Below are positions 31,503 through 40,740 of a DNA stretch of 64,000 nucleotides, one piece after another. The position numbers and the translations under genes were made by a program. Numbering within the stretch: the first letter of the stretch is position 1; every line of letters begins with the position of its first letter. This DNA is from a bacterium (GTDB lineage Bacteria; Electryoneota; JAOADG01), in the NCBI GenBank assembly GCA_963681965.1, contig OY820579.1:2464001-2528000 (forward strand), given 5' to 3'. The notes under the pieces are model-generated. The model saw nothing but the letters and a program-made list of their open reading frames with translations, made no database searches and was not told where the DNA came from.

Positions 31503-31859
31503 TTAACAGCACCCTCGAAGATTACGGTCTTCGGGGGTTTGCTCGTTTTGCACCAGTGGCGGGTTTTCGCGGATTTTGGTTGGATGCTCTTGGACTCGCT
31601 GTTTCTGAACGATTACATTATTTTGCAGGGAGAACCGTCAAGGTTGCAGTTCTGAGTACGAGTTTTTGGTTGGGACTCGCTGATTCGCTCTTGAACAAAG
31701 TTCGCTGGGTTAACAGAGTTGCCTTTCGGATTCAGTCAGAATCACAATCACGCCTTAACAAAGATTTGTAAAAGTTGATAATGGATCATTTTATGTCTTT
31801 GCTGGAATTTCGAATCGGCAGGAGGCGTGTGTCGAAATTTTTCTTTTAGAGGTAAGTAA

Positions 31860-33266
31860 ATGCTTAAGCAGTTGCGTATAAAGAATTTTAAAATTTGGCA
31901 TGACACTGGTGAGATCCGTATGGCTCCAATTACTTTGTTCTTTGGAGCAAATAGCTCTGGAAAATCTAGTATTGGCCAGTTCTTGATGATGCTGAAGCAA
32001 ACTGTTGAATCACCAGACCGTAAAGCAGTTTTTTATCCAGGTGGAAAAAACTCTGCCGTACAACTTGGATCATTTTCAGAGATGGTATATCAAAGAAACT
32101 CCGAACAAAAAATATCATTTGAATATCGGTGGGATTTTCAAGATACTCTTCAAATTAAAGATCCCAACTCTAAGAAAAATTACTCTGGCAACTTACTATC
32201 GTTCGAAGCCATCGTCGGTAGGAAGGAAGGGTTGGATTTCTCACTTATTGTTGATTACTTCAAATATAGATTAATGGATAATAAAGATCAAAAGTTGTCT
32301 ATTTCGTTACGATATAAGCCAGGTTCAAAACCTGAATATAAAGCAGAAACGGAGCAATATGACCTAACTCGTAAAATGATGAGAGCTTGGCCACTTAAAG
32401 AAACCGTTCGTTTTTACGGATTTCCCGATGAACTTGTAGCGTATTATCAAAACGCAGCTTTTGTGCAGACACTGAACCTTAGACATGAAAGATTGTTTCA
32501 ATCTCTTTCTTATCTTGGTCCACTCCGAACTAAAGGGGAACGATTATATTCATGGACTGGAATTGAGCCCGAAAGTGTTGGATATGATGGAGCGAATACT
32601 GTTGCAGCGATTTTGGCTGCTCGCAACAGAAAAATTAGCTTAGGGAAAGGGCTCAAAACAAAGCCATTTGAGGAAATAATAGCATTAGAATTAAAAAAAA
32701 TGGACTTAATCGAGGATTTTAAAGTTAATCCTATATCAAAGGAAAGACAGGAATACGAAGTAAAAGTACGATCAAAAGGGTCTAGCGATTTCGTGGACAT
32801 CCCAGATGTGGGTTTTGGAATTTCTCAAGTACTACCAGTGCTTGTTCAGTGTTTCTACGCTCCTGTGGGTTCGATTATTCTTATGGAGCAACCAGAAATA
32901 CACCTTCACCCGAATGCACAATCAGCTCTAGCCGACGTATTCATTGATGTTATTAATTCCAAAATTAACGGAATCGACAGAAACATCCAACTAATTATTG
33001 AAACTCACTCTGAGCACTTTTTAAGGCGTTTGCAGCGTCGAATTGCTGAAAATGTCGTTGAACAGGAGAATATCTCCGCATATTTTTCAAGTATAAATAA
33101 AACTCCTGCTATGTTAAATCAGTTAGAAATTGACATGTTTGGTAACATTAAAAACTGGCCTGAAAATTTTTTCGGCGATGAAATGGGCGACATCACTGAG
33201 CAAGCAAAAGCCGCGATGAAAAAACGACATAATTTGGCAACAGGCAGTTCGGAGACTTCTAAATGA
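31860..33266 (+). CDS. ABC-type (AAA_15/AAA_21-like) ATPase with DUF3696-like C-terminus
   Basis: Walker A GANSSGKS, signature DVGFGISQ, Walker B ILMEQPEIHLHP, H-loop ETHSE, NWPENFFG. Confidence 0.88.
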   Translation: MLKQLRIKNFKIWHDTGEIRMAPITLFFGANSSGKSSIGQFLMMLKQTVESPDRKAVFYPGGKNSAVQLGSFSEMVYQRNSEQKISFEYRWDFQDTLQIKDPNSKKNYSGNLLSFEAIVGRKEGLDFSLIVDYFKYRLMDNKDQKLSISLRYKPGSKPEYKAETEQYDLTRKMMRAWPLKETVRFYGFPDELVAYYQNAAFVQTLNLRHERLFQSLSYLGPLRTKGERLYSWTGIEPESVGYDGANTVAAILAARNRKISLGKGLKTKPFEEIIALELKKMDLIEDFKVNPISKERQEYEVKVRSKGSSDFVDIPDVGFGISQVLPVLVQCFYAPVGSIILMEQPEIHLHPNAQSALADVFIDVINSKINGIDRNIQLIIETHSEHFLRRLQRRIAENVVEQENISAYFSSINKTPAMLNQLEIDMFGNIKNWPENFFGDEMGDITEQAKAAMKKRHNLATGSSETSK

Positions 33267-33796
33267 GTCTCTATCCGAGAAAATTCTTAATTGATACTAA
33301 CATTCCAAAAACCGCAAATCTAGCCACAAACCCGGATACGATACCACAAGAATTGACGTGTTGTGTTAATGCGTGCATTGAAGCTGTCCAACATGTGATT
33401 AAAAATGGTGGATTGGTTATGGATGCAGGAGACGAAATCTTCGACGAATACCGGCATAATCTATCCTTGAGAGGACAACCAGGTGTAGGCGACGGATTTC
33501 TTAAATGGGTGCATGATCACCGTTGGAGTTTTCCAGAAGAAGATAGAGTCGTAATAACTAAAGAAGGAGAGTCATACGTTGAATTTCCACAACACGATGG
33601 ATTAGCACTATTCGACAATTCAGATAGAAAATTCATTGCTGTTTCTTTCGCGCACCCAAGTAAACCTCATATTCTACAAGCGACCGACAGCAAATGGTGG
33701 GGATGGAACAGTGCGTTGAATGAGGTTGGAATTAATGTAAAATTTCTCTGCCCTGATTACATCCAAACAAAGTATCTAGAGAAGATTGGTGAATGA
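33263..33796 (+). CDS. PIN-like domain protein (putative RNase)
   Basis: FLIDTN at the N-terminus, conserved acidic DEIFDEY and DNSDRKF; ATGA overlap with the ATPase. Confidence 0.65.
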   Translation: MSLYPRKFLIDTNIPKTANLATNPDTIPQELTCCVNACIEAVQHVIKNGGLVMDAGDEIFDEYRHNLSLRGQPGVGDGFLKWVHDHRWSFPEEDRVVITKEGESYVEFPQHDGLALFDNSDRKFIAVSFAHPSKPHILQATDSKWWGWNSALNEVGINVKFLCPDYIQTKYLEKIGE

Positions 33797-34473
33797 ACAA
33801 TAACTTTTTTAAGTATCCAACTACACCTCATTTAAAACTTCTAGGTGATGTAGTAGTCAGAGATGACAAAGTAATGTCAGAAACAGAGATGAATGTTTTT
33901 CTCGGTGGTGAAATTATTATAGAAGAAAAAGTCGATGGTGCAAATCTTGGAATTTCTTTTGATGATGACGGAAATGTTCGAACCCAAAACAGAGGCGGAT
34001 ATTTAAACATGCCCTATACTGGGCAATGGAAAAAGTTACCTGAATGGCTATTTCCGAGAACTGACACTCTCTTCGAAAAACTTACTAACAGATTTATTCT
34101 ATTCGGTGAATGGTGCTTTGCACAACACTCAGTAGAATATAACCGATTACCAGATTGGTTTTTGGGCTTTGACATATACGATAAATTAACTGCTCGTTTT
34201 TTATCTTGTCCACGCAGAGATGAGATTACTTCATCGATTGGAATTTTTATGGTTCCAAGAGTTGCGCAAGGTCATTTTACTTCTAGTGATGTTATAAAGC
34301 ATCTTTCAATTTCTCAACTATCTAACAATCAAGCAGAAGGTTTATACCTACGTGTGGATTGTGGTGATTGGCTAGTGAAGAGAGCCAAATTAGTGCGTTC
34401 GAACTTTATTCAATCTGTAGAAAAACATTGGTCTCATTCACCCATAAAACCTAACAAGGTGAGATTTGACTAA
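33793..34473 (+). CDS. ATP-dependent RNA ligase family protein (Rnl2/Rnl-like nucleotidyltransferase domain)
   Basis: Motif I EEKVDG, III LFGE, IIIa FLGFDI, IV AEGLYL, V RAKLV; ATGA overlap. Confidence 0.85.
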   Translation: MNNNFFKYPTTPHLKLLGDVVVRDDKVMSETEMNVFLGGEIIIEEKVDGANLGISFDDDGNVRTQNRGGYLNMPYTGQWKKLPEWLFPRTDTLFEKLTNRFILFGEWCFAQHSVEYNRLPDWFLGFDIYDKLTARFLSCPRRDEITSSIGIFMVPRVAQGHFTSSDVIKHLSISQLSNNQAEGLYLRVDCGDWLVKRAKLVRSNFIQSVEKHWSHSPIKPNKVRFD

Positions 34474-34567
34474 ATAGTGCTTATTTTAATCTCTGTTATT
34501 TTTGTGATTATTTGATATTCGTTTCAATAATAATATTTGTTGAAGCTTGGTTTGCACACTTTTCCTC

Positions 34568-34590
34568 TTTTTCCGGTATGTAACAAGTAG
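34568..34590 (+). promoter_or_regulatory. 23-bp box, copy 1 (upstream of recombinase operon)
   Basis: TTTTTCCGGTATGTAACAAGTAG, identical to 40380-40402. Confidence 0.65.
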
Positions 34591-34660
34591 GGGGAATCAC
34601 TTTTAGGGCTCTGGTGAGTCCGGTGGTTTCCGATTTACTTGGTTACGAGCTGGATCATTA

Positions 34661-34891
34661 ATGCATTACTCTGTACTTCCTGAAGACATGACTCCCACCG
34701 AGCGGTTCGGTGAGATTGTCTGCATATTAGCATCTACTTTCTCGCGTTTGCGCTACCCGAATTCTCATCAACAATCAATCTCTGAACACCAATACCAAGA
34801 ACCATGTAATCCAAGCGTAGCAAGCGCTTCCGGGAAGATTGCTGCTGTGCAAAAGATACCTCGCGATGACTTGACTTCTCCGCCCAGGTGA
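34661..34891 (+). CDS. Small hypothetical protein preceding DUF2924
   Basis: PEDMTPTERFGEIVCILA..RL pattern typical of the small gene ahead of DUF2924/recombinase modules (from recall). Confidence 0.45.
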   Translation: MHYSVLPEDMTPTERFGEIVCILASTFSRLRYPNSHQQSISEHQYQEPCNPSVASASGKIAAVQKIPRDDLTSPPR

Positions 34892-34944
34892 TTGCACTGT
34901 TCAAGCGGGTTAACACAGTGAGAACAATAATCGGGAGGTTGAGC

Positions 34945-35451
34945 TTGCGAATAGAAATCATACGAGAGATCGACAAGGTACGCACCATGACCGTTAAGGC
35001 ATTGCGGGAAAAGTATCTGGAGGTATTTGGGGAAACTACCCGCTCTGGAAACAAGGACTTTCTCTGGAAGCGGATAGCCTGGCGGATACAGGCCATCGAG
35101 GAAGGCGATTTATCGGAACGGGCGCGACGTCGCGCCGAGGAACTGGCATCCGATGCTGACTTACGAGTTCGCACCCCATCTAGCGCCCTGGCGGAACCTG
35201 TCGCGTTGAACGCGGGCATTACTGCTACGTATGCGTTTCAAGTAACTACCGACCAGCGTGTACCCATACCCGGGACAATGCTTACCCGTCAGTACAAAGG
35301 AACAACGATCCGGGTAATGGTACTGGCGAAAGGCTTTGAATACAACGGGAAGCTGTATCGCACATTGACTTCCATCTCGAAAGAAATTACCGGTTCCCGC
35401 TGGAACGGTTTTCACTTCTTTGGATTGCAGAAGGAAGGAGTTGCCGCATGA
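34945..35451 (+). CDS. DUF2924 domain protein
   Basis: LREKYLEVFG...KRIAWRIQ...PGTMLTRQYKG...YRTLTSISKEITGSRWNGFHFFGL; TTG start after GGGAGG. Confidence 0.85.
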   Translation: MRIEIIREIDKVRTMTVKALREKYLEVFGETTRSGNKDFLWKRIAWRIQAIEEGDLSERARRRAEELASDADLRVRTPSSALAEPVALNAGITATYAFQVTTDQRVPIPGTMLTRQYKGTTIRVMVLAKGFEYNGKLYRTLTSISKEITGSRWNGFHFFGLQKEGVAA

Positions 35452-37028
35452 GACAGCGTAGTCAATTATCTCAGCCACCAGCTAGCGATACCAAAAAGCC
35501 GATCCGATGTGCCATCTATACCCGTAAGTCGACTGAGGAGGGGCTTGAGCAGGAATTCAACTCGCTGGATGCGCAACGGGAATCGGCGGAAGCATTTATT
35601 GCGAGCCAGAAAAATGAGGGTTGGGTCTGCTTGCCGGAGAAATACGACGATGGCGGATTCACCGGTGGTAACATGGAACGGCCCGCCTTGAAGAGATTGC
35701 TGGCACAGGCGGAAGCAGGCAATATCAATTGTATTGTAGTATACAAGGTTGATCGCCTCTCCCGCTCCCTGATGGACTTTGCTCGAATCATGGAGATCCT
35801 CGAACGTCAGCACATTTCTTTTGTCTCTGTTACTCAGCAGTTCAATACGACTCATTCGATGGGACGACTGACCCTCAACATTCTGCTCTCTTTCGCACAG
35901 TTCGAGCGCGAGATCATTTCCGAGCGCACCCGTGATAAAATGAGTGCTGCCCGCAAGAAAGGGATGTGGATGGGCGGTATTCCGGTGCTTGGATATGATA
36001 TCCATCCGCAAAACAGAAAGCTGGTCGTCAATCCGGAGGAAGCGCTTCGCGTAAAGGAAGCCTTCAGTTTATACCTTGATCACGAATCTTTGCTCGCTAC
36101 TGCACAGGAGTTGAACCATCGAGGTTGGACGACAAAACAGTGGACTACAAAGAGTGGAATCGCAAAGGGTGGATTGGCATTTGAAAAGGTCAATTTGTTT
36201 CGGTTGCTGACAAATCTGACTTACATCGGGAAGTTGGAGTACAAGGGGGAACTATACGAAGGTGAGCATGAAGCAATCGTTGAATCGGATGTTTGGAATC
36301 GAGTCCAGGCACTTTTACATCGCAACGGCAAGAGTGGTGGTGTAGAGGTCCGGAACAAGTTCGGTTCTTTACTCAGAGGCATCTTGTTTTGTGACTCTTG
36401 CCATGCTGCAATGGTGCATACGTACACTGCAAGAAAAGAGTGCAAGATCTACCGGTATTACGTTTGCTCGAAAGCGCAGCACAGGGGCTGGCACACTTGT
36501 CCCACCAAATCGCTTCCCGCCGGTGAGATTGAGCAATTTGTAGTGAATCGGATTCGCTCCATTGGTAGTGATCGGGGACTGATAACAGAGACACTCAACC
36601 AAGCGAGACAACTGGTTCAAAGTGATATTACGAAATTGGAAAACGAGCTTACCGTTGTACAACACCAGTTGGAATATCTTGGTGCGGAAGTTCCAAAGGT
36701 GCTCTCCTCGCGAAATGGTTCGAGACGAAGTGTTACGCAAACAGACCCTTCCGAATTGGAAGAAAAGATTCGAATAGCTCGTCAACGAGCAGAAGAGTTG
36801 TCGGCTGAGATCGCATTACGAAAAAACGATTGGATCACTGAGAGTGATATTGAGACTGCACTTGGAACCTTTGATCCAATGTGGGAAGCAATGAATGCGA
36901 AAGAGCGTACCAAGTTAATTCATCTGCTGGTTGAGCGTGTTGGCTATGAAGGGTCCGCTGGAAAATTGAGTATCACATTCCGGCCGAGTGGAATCAAATC
37001 ACTGGGTCAGGAATCATTCGCAGCATAA
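35448..37028 (+). CDS. Large serine recombinase (integrase)
   Basis: CAIYTRKS catalytic Ser, DRLSRS, FAQFERE, recombinase domain, Zn ribbon CDSC...YYVC...C, coiled coil. Confidence 0.95.
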   Translation: MRQRSQLSQPPASDTKKPIRCAIYTRKSTEEGLEQEFNSLDAQRESAEAFIASQKNEGWVCLPEKYDDGGFTGGNMERPALKRLLAQAEAGNINCIVVYKVDRLSRSLMDFARIMEILERQHISFVSVTQQFNTTHSMGRLTLNILLSFAQFEREIISERTRDKMSAARKKGMWMGGIPVLGYDIHPQNRKLVVNPEEALRVKEAFSLYLDHESLLATAQELNHRGWTTKQWTTKSGIAKGGLAFEKVNLFRLLTNLTYIGKLEYKGELYEGEHEAIVESDVWNRVQALLHRNGKSGGVEVRNKFGSLLRGILFCDSCHAAMVHTYTARKECKIYRYYVCSKAQHRGWHTCPTKSLPAGEIEQFVVNRIRSIGSDRGLITETLNQARQLVQSDITKLENELTVVQHQLEYLGAEVPKVLSSRNGSRRSVTQTDPSELEEKIRIARQRAEELSAEIALRKNDWITESDIETALGTFDPMWEAMNAKERTKLIHLLVERVGYEGSAGKLSITFRPSGIKSLGQESFAA

Positions 37029-37042
37029 TTTTAGGAGCATGT

Positions 37043-37453
37043 ATGTCATTGACTGTTGATTGTACCATTCATTTCAAGAGCGGAGCAGCCGGTAGAAAGC
37101 GCATCATTGCTGGCAATGAACCAGCTCAACTGGAACTCAATCCTGGAAACACGCCACGCATTACTAAACTGATGGCTCTGGCAATAAAACTGGATCGGTT
37201 GGTTGCTCAGGGAGAAGTGGTTGATTACTCTGACCTTGCTAGGTTGGGACACGTAAGTCGTGCTCGTATCACGCAAATCATGAATCTGCGGCTTCTTGCA
37301 CCTGATATTCAAGAAGCAGTACTCTTCCTCCCTCATACTCTCAAAGGTCGAGATCGGATTCAAGAGCGAGATCTTCGTCCAATCGCGGCTACACCGCAGT
37401 GGAACCGACAACGCAAAATGTGGAACAAATTATCCACCGAAATAACTCCATGA
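37043..37453 (+). CDS. Conserved hypothetical protein downstream of recombinase (HTH-like)
   Basis: PRITKLMALAI...LARLGHVSRARITQIMNLRLLAPDIQE; AGGAG RBS. Confidence 0.75.
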   Translation: MSLTVDCTIHFKSGAAGRKRIIAGNEPAQLELNPGNTPRITKLMALAIKLDRLVAQGEVVDYSDLARLGHVSRARITQIMNLRLLAPDIQEAVLFLPHTLKGRDRIQERDLRPIAATPQWNRQRKMWNKLSTEITP

Positions 37454-37834
37454 TTCTTCGTTTGGAGATCGTACTTCACTTCACATAGCTGCTCAGAATC
37501 ACGACCCTATTTTTCATTTTTTCTACACATCTTTGTTCCAGCAATCCGGGAAAATTATCTTGATGAGTGATTTCAACGACAACTTCCGGTGACTCACTGG
37601 AGGTTCTTCTTGTAGGAGAGTAGCAACTGAGTTCGGACAATATTTTCATTGTAACGTGGTCAACCGCGCAAACAATATTTGACCCCTGCTGATCGAATCT
37701 AACCGGTCGGCATTTACTTTCTGTGTCCGACTGCCTGACTCTTTTTCAAACGTCCATCGTGTGAACAATCGCATCAATATTTCACCCACTCAATAAGTGG
37801 AGTACCCTTTTACCAGACCTGAATAGGATGTTTC

Positions 37835-38047
37835 ATGTCGACGTATATTCTTCGCCGATTCGCCCATGTTGATGGTCTTAAATCGATTGCCATCAATCAC
37901 CTCCACTCACTTCTCTCCAGTTATGATTCTTACTTGCACAGACGTGGATTCACACTCACACACTCTGTTGACGCAGTGAACGTCGATGAATGGTTTACAA
38001 AACGCAGTTTCATTATCAGTGAGCGGGATGATGAAGAAGAAATCTAA
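37835..38047 (+). pseudogene. Short ORF, possibly an internally deleted remnant of a longer element gene
   Basis: Good RBS (AGGA); 70 aa; overlaps the start of the next gene. The two halves resemble the N- and C-termini of a longer ICE protein (recall, unverified). Confidence 0.45.
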
Positions 38048-39098
38048 CCCAACTAATTTTTGGTTCGCACTCGAATCCATAATCGGTTTATCGGCTGTTG
38101 CTGATGAATGGCGAAAGTACTCTGGTAGTGAATTTGAATCAATCCAATCCGTTCTTCGTCCCAACGGTCGAATTGCCGCATCACATCCTTGTCTGCAACC
38201 GCGTGACTGTGGGTGTAGCCATAATGTTGTGATACATACACCGAAAGACATTGTAGCGGTCTGCAGATGTGGACTTGAATGCGATACTTTCCCACTGAAA
38301 AGTACACAACTAGCAATCTATGAGTTGGATCGTCCTAAGCTGGATTTAGCCGTTGCGACAGTTTTCAATCTTCAACAGGCAAGCGTCCAGATAAAAAATA
38401 TGATTCGCACCTCCTGTGTCGGTCAGCTTACGATGGGATATATTTCCATACCGGTATTCTTGACCATACAGCCCGGTAGTATAGAGTATTCGCTAATTGC
38501 TGATTTGCTACTCTCCATGAACACTTCGCCGTTTATACTGTTGACACCGTTACCGGATTTAATCACTCCCGAATGCATCACTCAACTTTCGTCGCGTGGT
38601 TGTTATGTTTTATCGCTTGCTGAAAGCACAGTGATCCAGGTGAAATTCAAACTTGTACTGAGTACTTTAGGTTCCCAATTCCTCGAACGAATTAGAACGC
38701 TACCAGTTGCATTGTCTCCGAATGTTACAACTGTTCGGAACATTTCTGATCGTGGTTCATCCGACCAAATTATACTAGAACGAAGGGAAGTTGATGGCGA
38801 TATCCACTGGTATGTGAATGGCTTTGATAAAGGAGTTTTCGCTGCGCACAATAACTCAAAGAAAAACTCCATATTGACGATCCTGTATGATGAAATCGGT
38901 AATGGTTGGGTGAAGCATGATCGATTTATAACTGCATGCGGGTGGAAAAAGGAAGAGTACTTTGGAGCTGGAAATGGAGTGACTGGTCGCATGCAAAAGC
39001 AGTTAAATATTATCCGAAAGTTTCTTGGAATGAAGATCGAGTTTGTTACTAGCAAGGGAGTAAAGTTTCCAGCAGAAGTCGTCAAGTCCAGAGGATAG
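38028..39098 (+). CDS. Hypothetical protein, Cys-rich N-terminus and possible C-terminal winged-helix (regulator?)
   Basis: CxxxxxCxC..H...CxC cluster; C-terminal GRMQKQLNIIRKFL helix. Confidence 0.65.
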   Translation: MMKKKSNPTNFWFALESIIGLSAVADEWRKYSGSEFESIQSVLRPNGRIAASHPCLQPRDCGCSHNVVIHTPKDIVAVCRCGLECDTFPLKSTQLAIYELDRPKLDLAVATVFNLQQASVQIKNMIRTSCVGQLTMGYISIPVFLTIQPGSIEYSLIADLLLSMNTSPFILLTPLPDLITPECITQLSSRGCYVLSLAESTVIQVKFKLVLSTLGSQFLERIRTLPVALSPNVTTVRNISDRGSSDQIILERREVDGDIHWYVNGFDKGVFAAHNNSKKNSILTILYDEIGNGWVKHDRFITACGWKKEEYFGAGNGVTGRMQKQLNIIRKFLGMKIEFVTSKGVKFPAEVVKSRG

Positions 39099-39284
39099 TC
39101 CAGAAAATATTTACTAACATTCTACTTAATCCACTCGACCGTCAATCCCGTATTGGCGGTCGTGTTTGTTTTAGTCTTCTAACTCATTTCTGGACAGTCT
39201 AGGAAATAGTCCAGAAAACCAGACCCTCTAAAAACCACCCTTATGCTATATCCAAGATCAATCTCATCGGAAAGGGTGTAGCAA

Positions 39285-39608
39285 ATGGAATTCACAAAAA
39301 ATAATGTAAGCACCAGTCGACAGGAGCTGATTCGTCTGATGCAACGACTCAACTTCGGACGAATTGAAGGACTGCAGATCGTCAATGGCGATCCGGTTCT
39401 TACCCCCCTCCCCCGTGTCGTTCAATGTGTCAAGTTTAAGGGCGACAATAATCCGCGTCCTGAACTCCGCAGCAAGGATTTTGTCCTCAAGGATGAACTC
39501 GTCGAACTGTTTTCATACTTCAATGAACTGAACAACGGGACAATAGAGACCATCGAAGTCAAACACGGACTTCCCTTCAATATGAATATCGAGATGGTGT
39601 TTCGGTAA
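39285..39608 (+). CDS. Hypothetical protein with two DUF2292-like repeats
   Basis: LNFGRIEGLQIVNGDP and LNNGTIETIEVKHGLP. Confidence 0.7.
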   Translation: MEFTKNNVSTSRQELIRLMQRLNFGRIEGLQIVNGDPVLTPLPRVVQCVKFKGDNNPRPELRSKDFVLKDELVELFSYFNELNNGTIETIEVKHGLPFNMNIEMVFR

Positions 39609-39640
39609 TACATTCCGATTCAAATTTTCACCAGGCAATA

Positions 39641-39770
39641 GACTAGACGCATAGCGGAGGTCGTTGTGGGTGTCGCTTACCGGCGAACTCACAGCATCTC
39701 CGCTTTTTCATGTTAGTCTTTCCGGACTTATGCCGACACCCACGCGGGCTCCTCAACCGAGGAGACTCAA
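39641..39770 (+). promoter_or_regulatory. Structured RNA leader (terminator/antiterminator plus SD-sequestering hairpin)
   Basis: AGCGGAG...CTCCGCT-TTTT long hairpin; GTGGGTGTCG (39666-75) complementary to CGACACCCAC (39734-43); CTCCTC-AACC-GAGGAG hides the SD. Confidence 0.65.
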
Positions 39771-40349
39771 ATGGAATCAGCATTTCGCAATGATGGCGTC
39801 GATGAGTATGCCATTCAGTTGATCAAGTACAAAGCCCGTCATTTGGTAGGGCAAGCGGGATTTACAGCCGATGATCGCCAGGACATTGAACAGGATTTAA
39901 TCATTGACCTGCTGCAACGGTTATCAAATTTCAACCCGGATAAGGCACAACACAACACCTTTGTAACAAGAGTAGTGGACAACAAAATCGCTTCAATGAT
40001 AGAGGCTCGAACTTCGATAAAGCGTGACTATCGCGTGATAGTCATCTCGATTAACGAACCATTGGTCGATACAGGTGGAGAAGTAATGGATCACTCTGAA
40101 ACAATAAGTCAAGACGACTATTTCTTCCGAATCAACTCTTCTATTCGATCCACTGTTGATCAACATGATCTCAAGATCGACTTACATGCTGTGATCGAGC
40201 AACTACCTGAAGAGCTGCAACGGATGTGCGAGCTCCTCAGTCAAGGCTCCATTTCTGAAGTATCGCGAACCACCGGCTGCAGCAGAACAAAAATGTACAG
40301 TGCTCTCAAACGAATACGGAAGGTATTTGAATTCAATGAAATACGATGA
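39771..40349 (+). CDS. ECF-like sigma-70 family factor
   Basis: DRQDIEQDLIIDLL...FNPDKA...TFVTRVV (region 2) and LPEELQRMC...SISEVSRTTGCSRTKMY (region 4 HTH). Confidence 0.8.
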   Translation: MESAFRNDGVDEYAIQLIKYKARHLVGQAGFTADDRQDIEQDLIIDLLQRLSNFNPDKAQHNTFVTRVVDNKIASMIEARTSIKRDYRVIVISINEPLVDTGGEVMDHSETISQDDYFFRINSSIRSTVDQHDLKIDLHAVIEQLPEELQRMCELLSQGSISEVSRTTGCSRTKMYSALKRIRKVFEFNEIR

Positions 40350-40379
40350 CGATCCAATGGGAGAAATACAACTTTAGAA

Positions 40380-40402
40380 TTTTTCCGGTATGTAACAAGT
40401 AG
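40380..40402 (+). promoter_or_regulatory. 23-bp box, copy 2 (upstream of recombination/replication operon)
   Basis: Identical to 34568-34590. Confidence 0.65.
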
Positions 40403-40422
40403 AGGGGTATGAAAGGAAAATC

Positions 40423-40740
40423 ATGGTTCCGTTTTACAAATACTGTTTCGATCCAAAACTACCGGTCAAGGAAGTTGAGGAATCATTGTTGCTGGCAGTG
40501 CTGGCAGTTGAATGTCTGCATGGCCGATCTAAGGTTCGATTGGACGCATCTTTTTCGTTAGATGCCAAAGCACATACTTGCATCGTAAACGCTTCCACAG
40601 AAGTTGGTTGTGCCATTGCGCGAATCTTTACCGGTTTTCTGAATAATGAATTTGGTGAACTGGCATTCAAAGTAGAGCGCATTAACGAAGGTAATAGCGA
40701 AGTCGAATCACCAAAGGTTGCTGAGGTGTCCCATGAATAG
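40423..40740 (+). CDS. Hypothetical protein
   Basis: AAGGA RBS; first gene of a tightly coupled operon. Confidence 0.7.
   Translation: MVPFYKYCFDPKLPVKEVEESLLLAVLAVECLHGRSKVRLDASFSLDAKAHTCIVNASTEVGCAIARIFTGFLNNEFGELAFKVERINEGNSEVESPKVAEVSHE

Noticed and set aside
31439-31771. 110-aa ORF
   Set aside because: Overlaps the tRNA and terminator; no coding signal.
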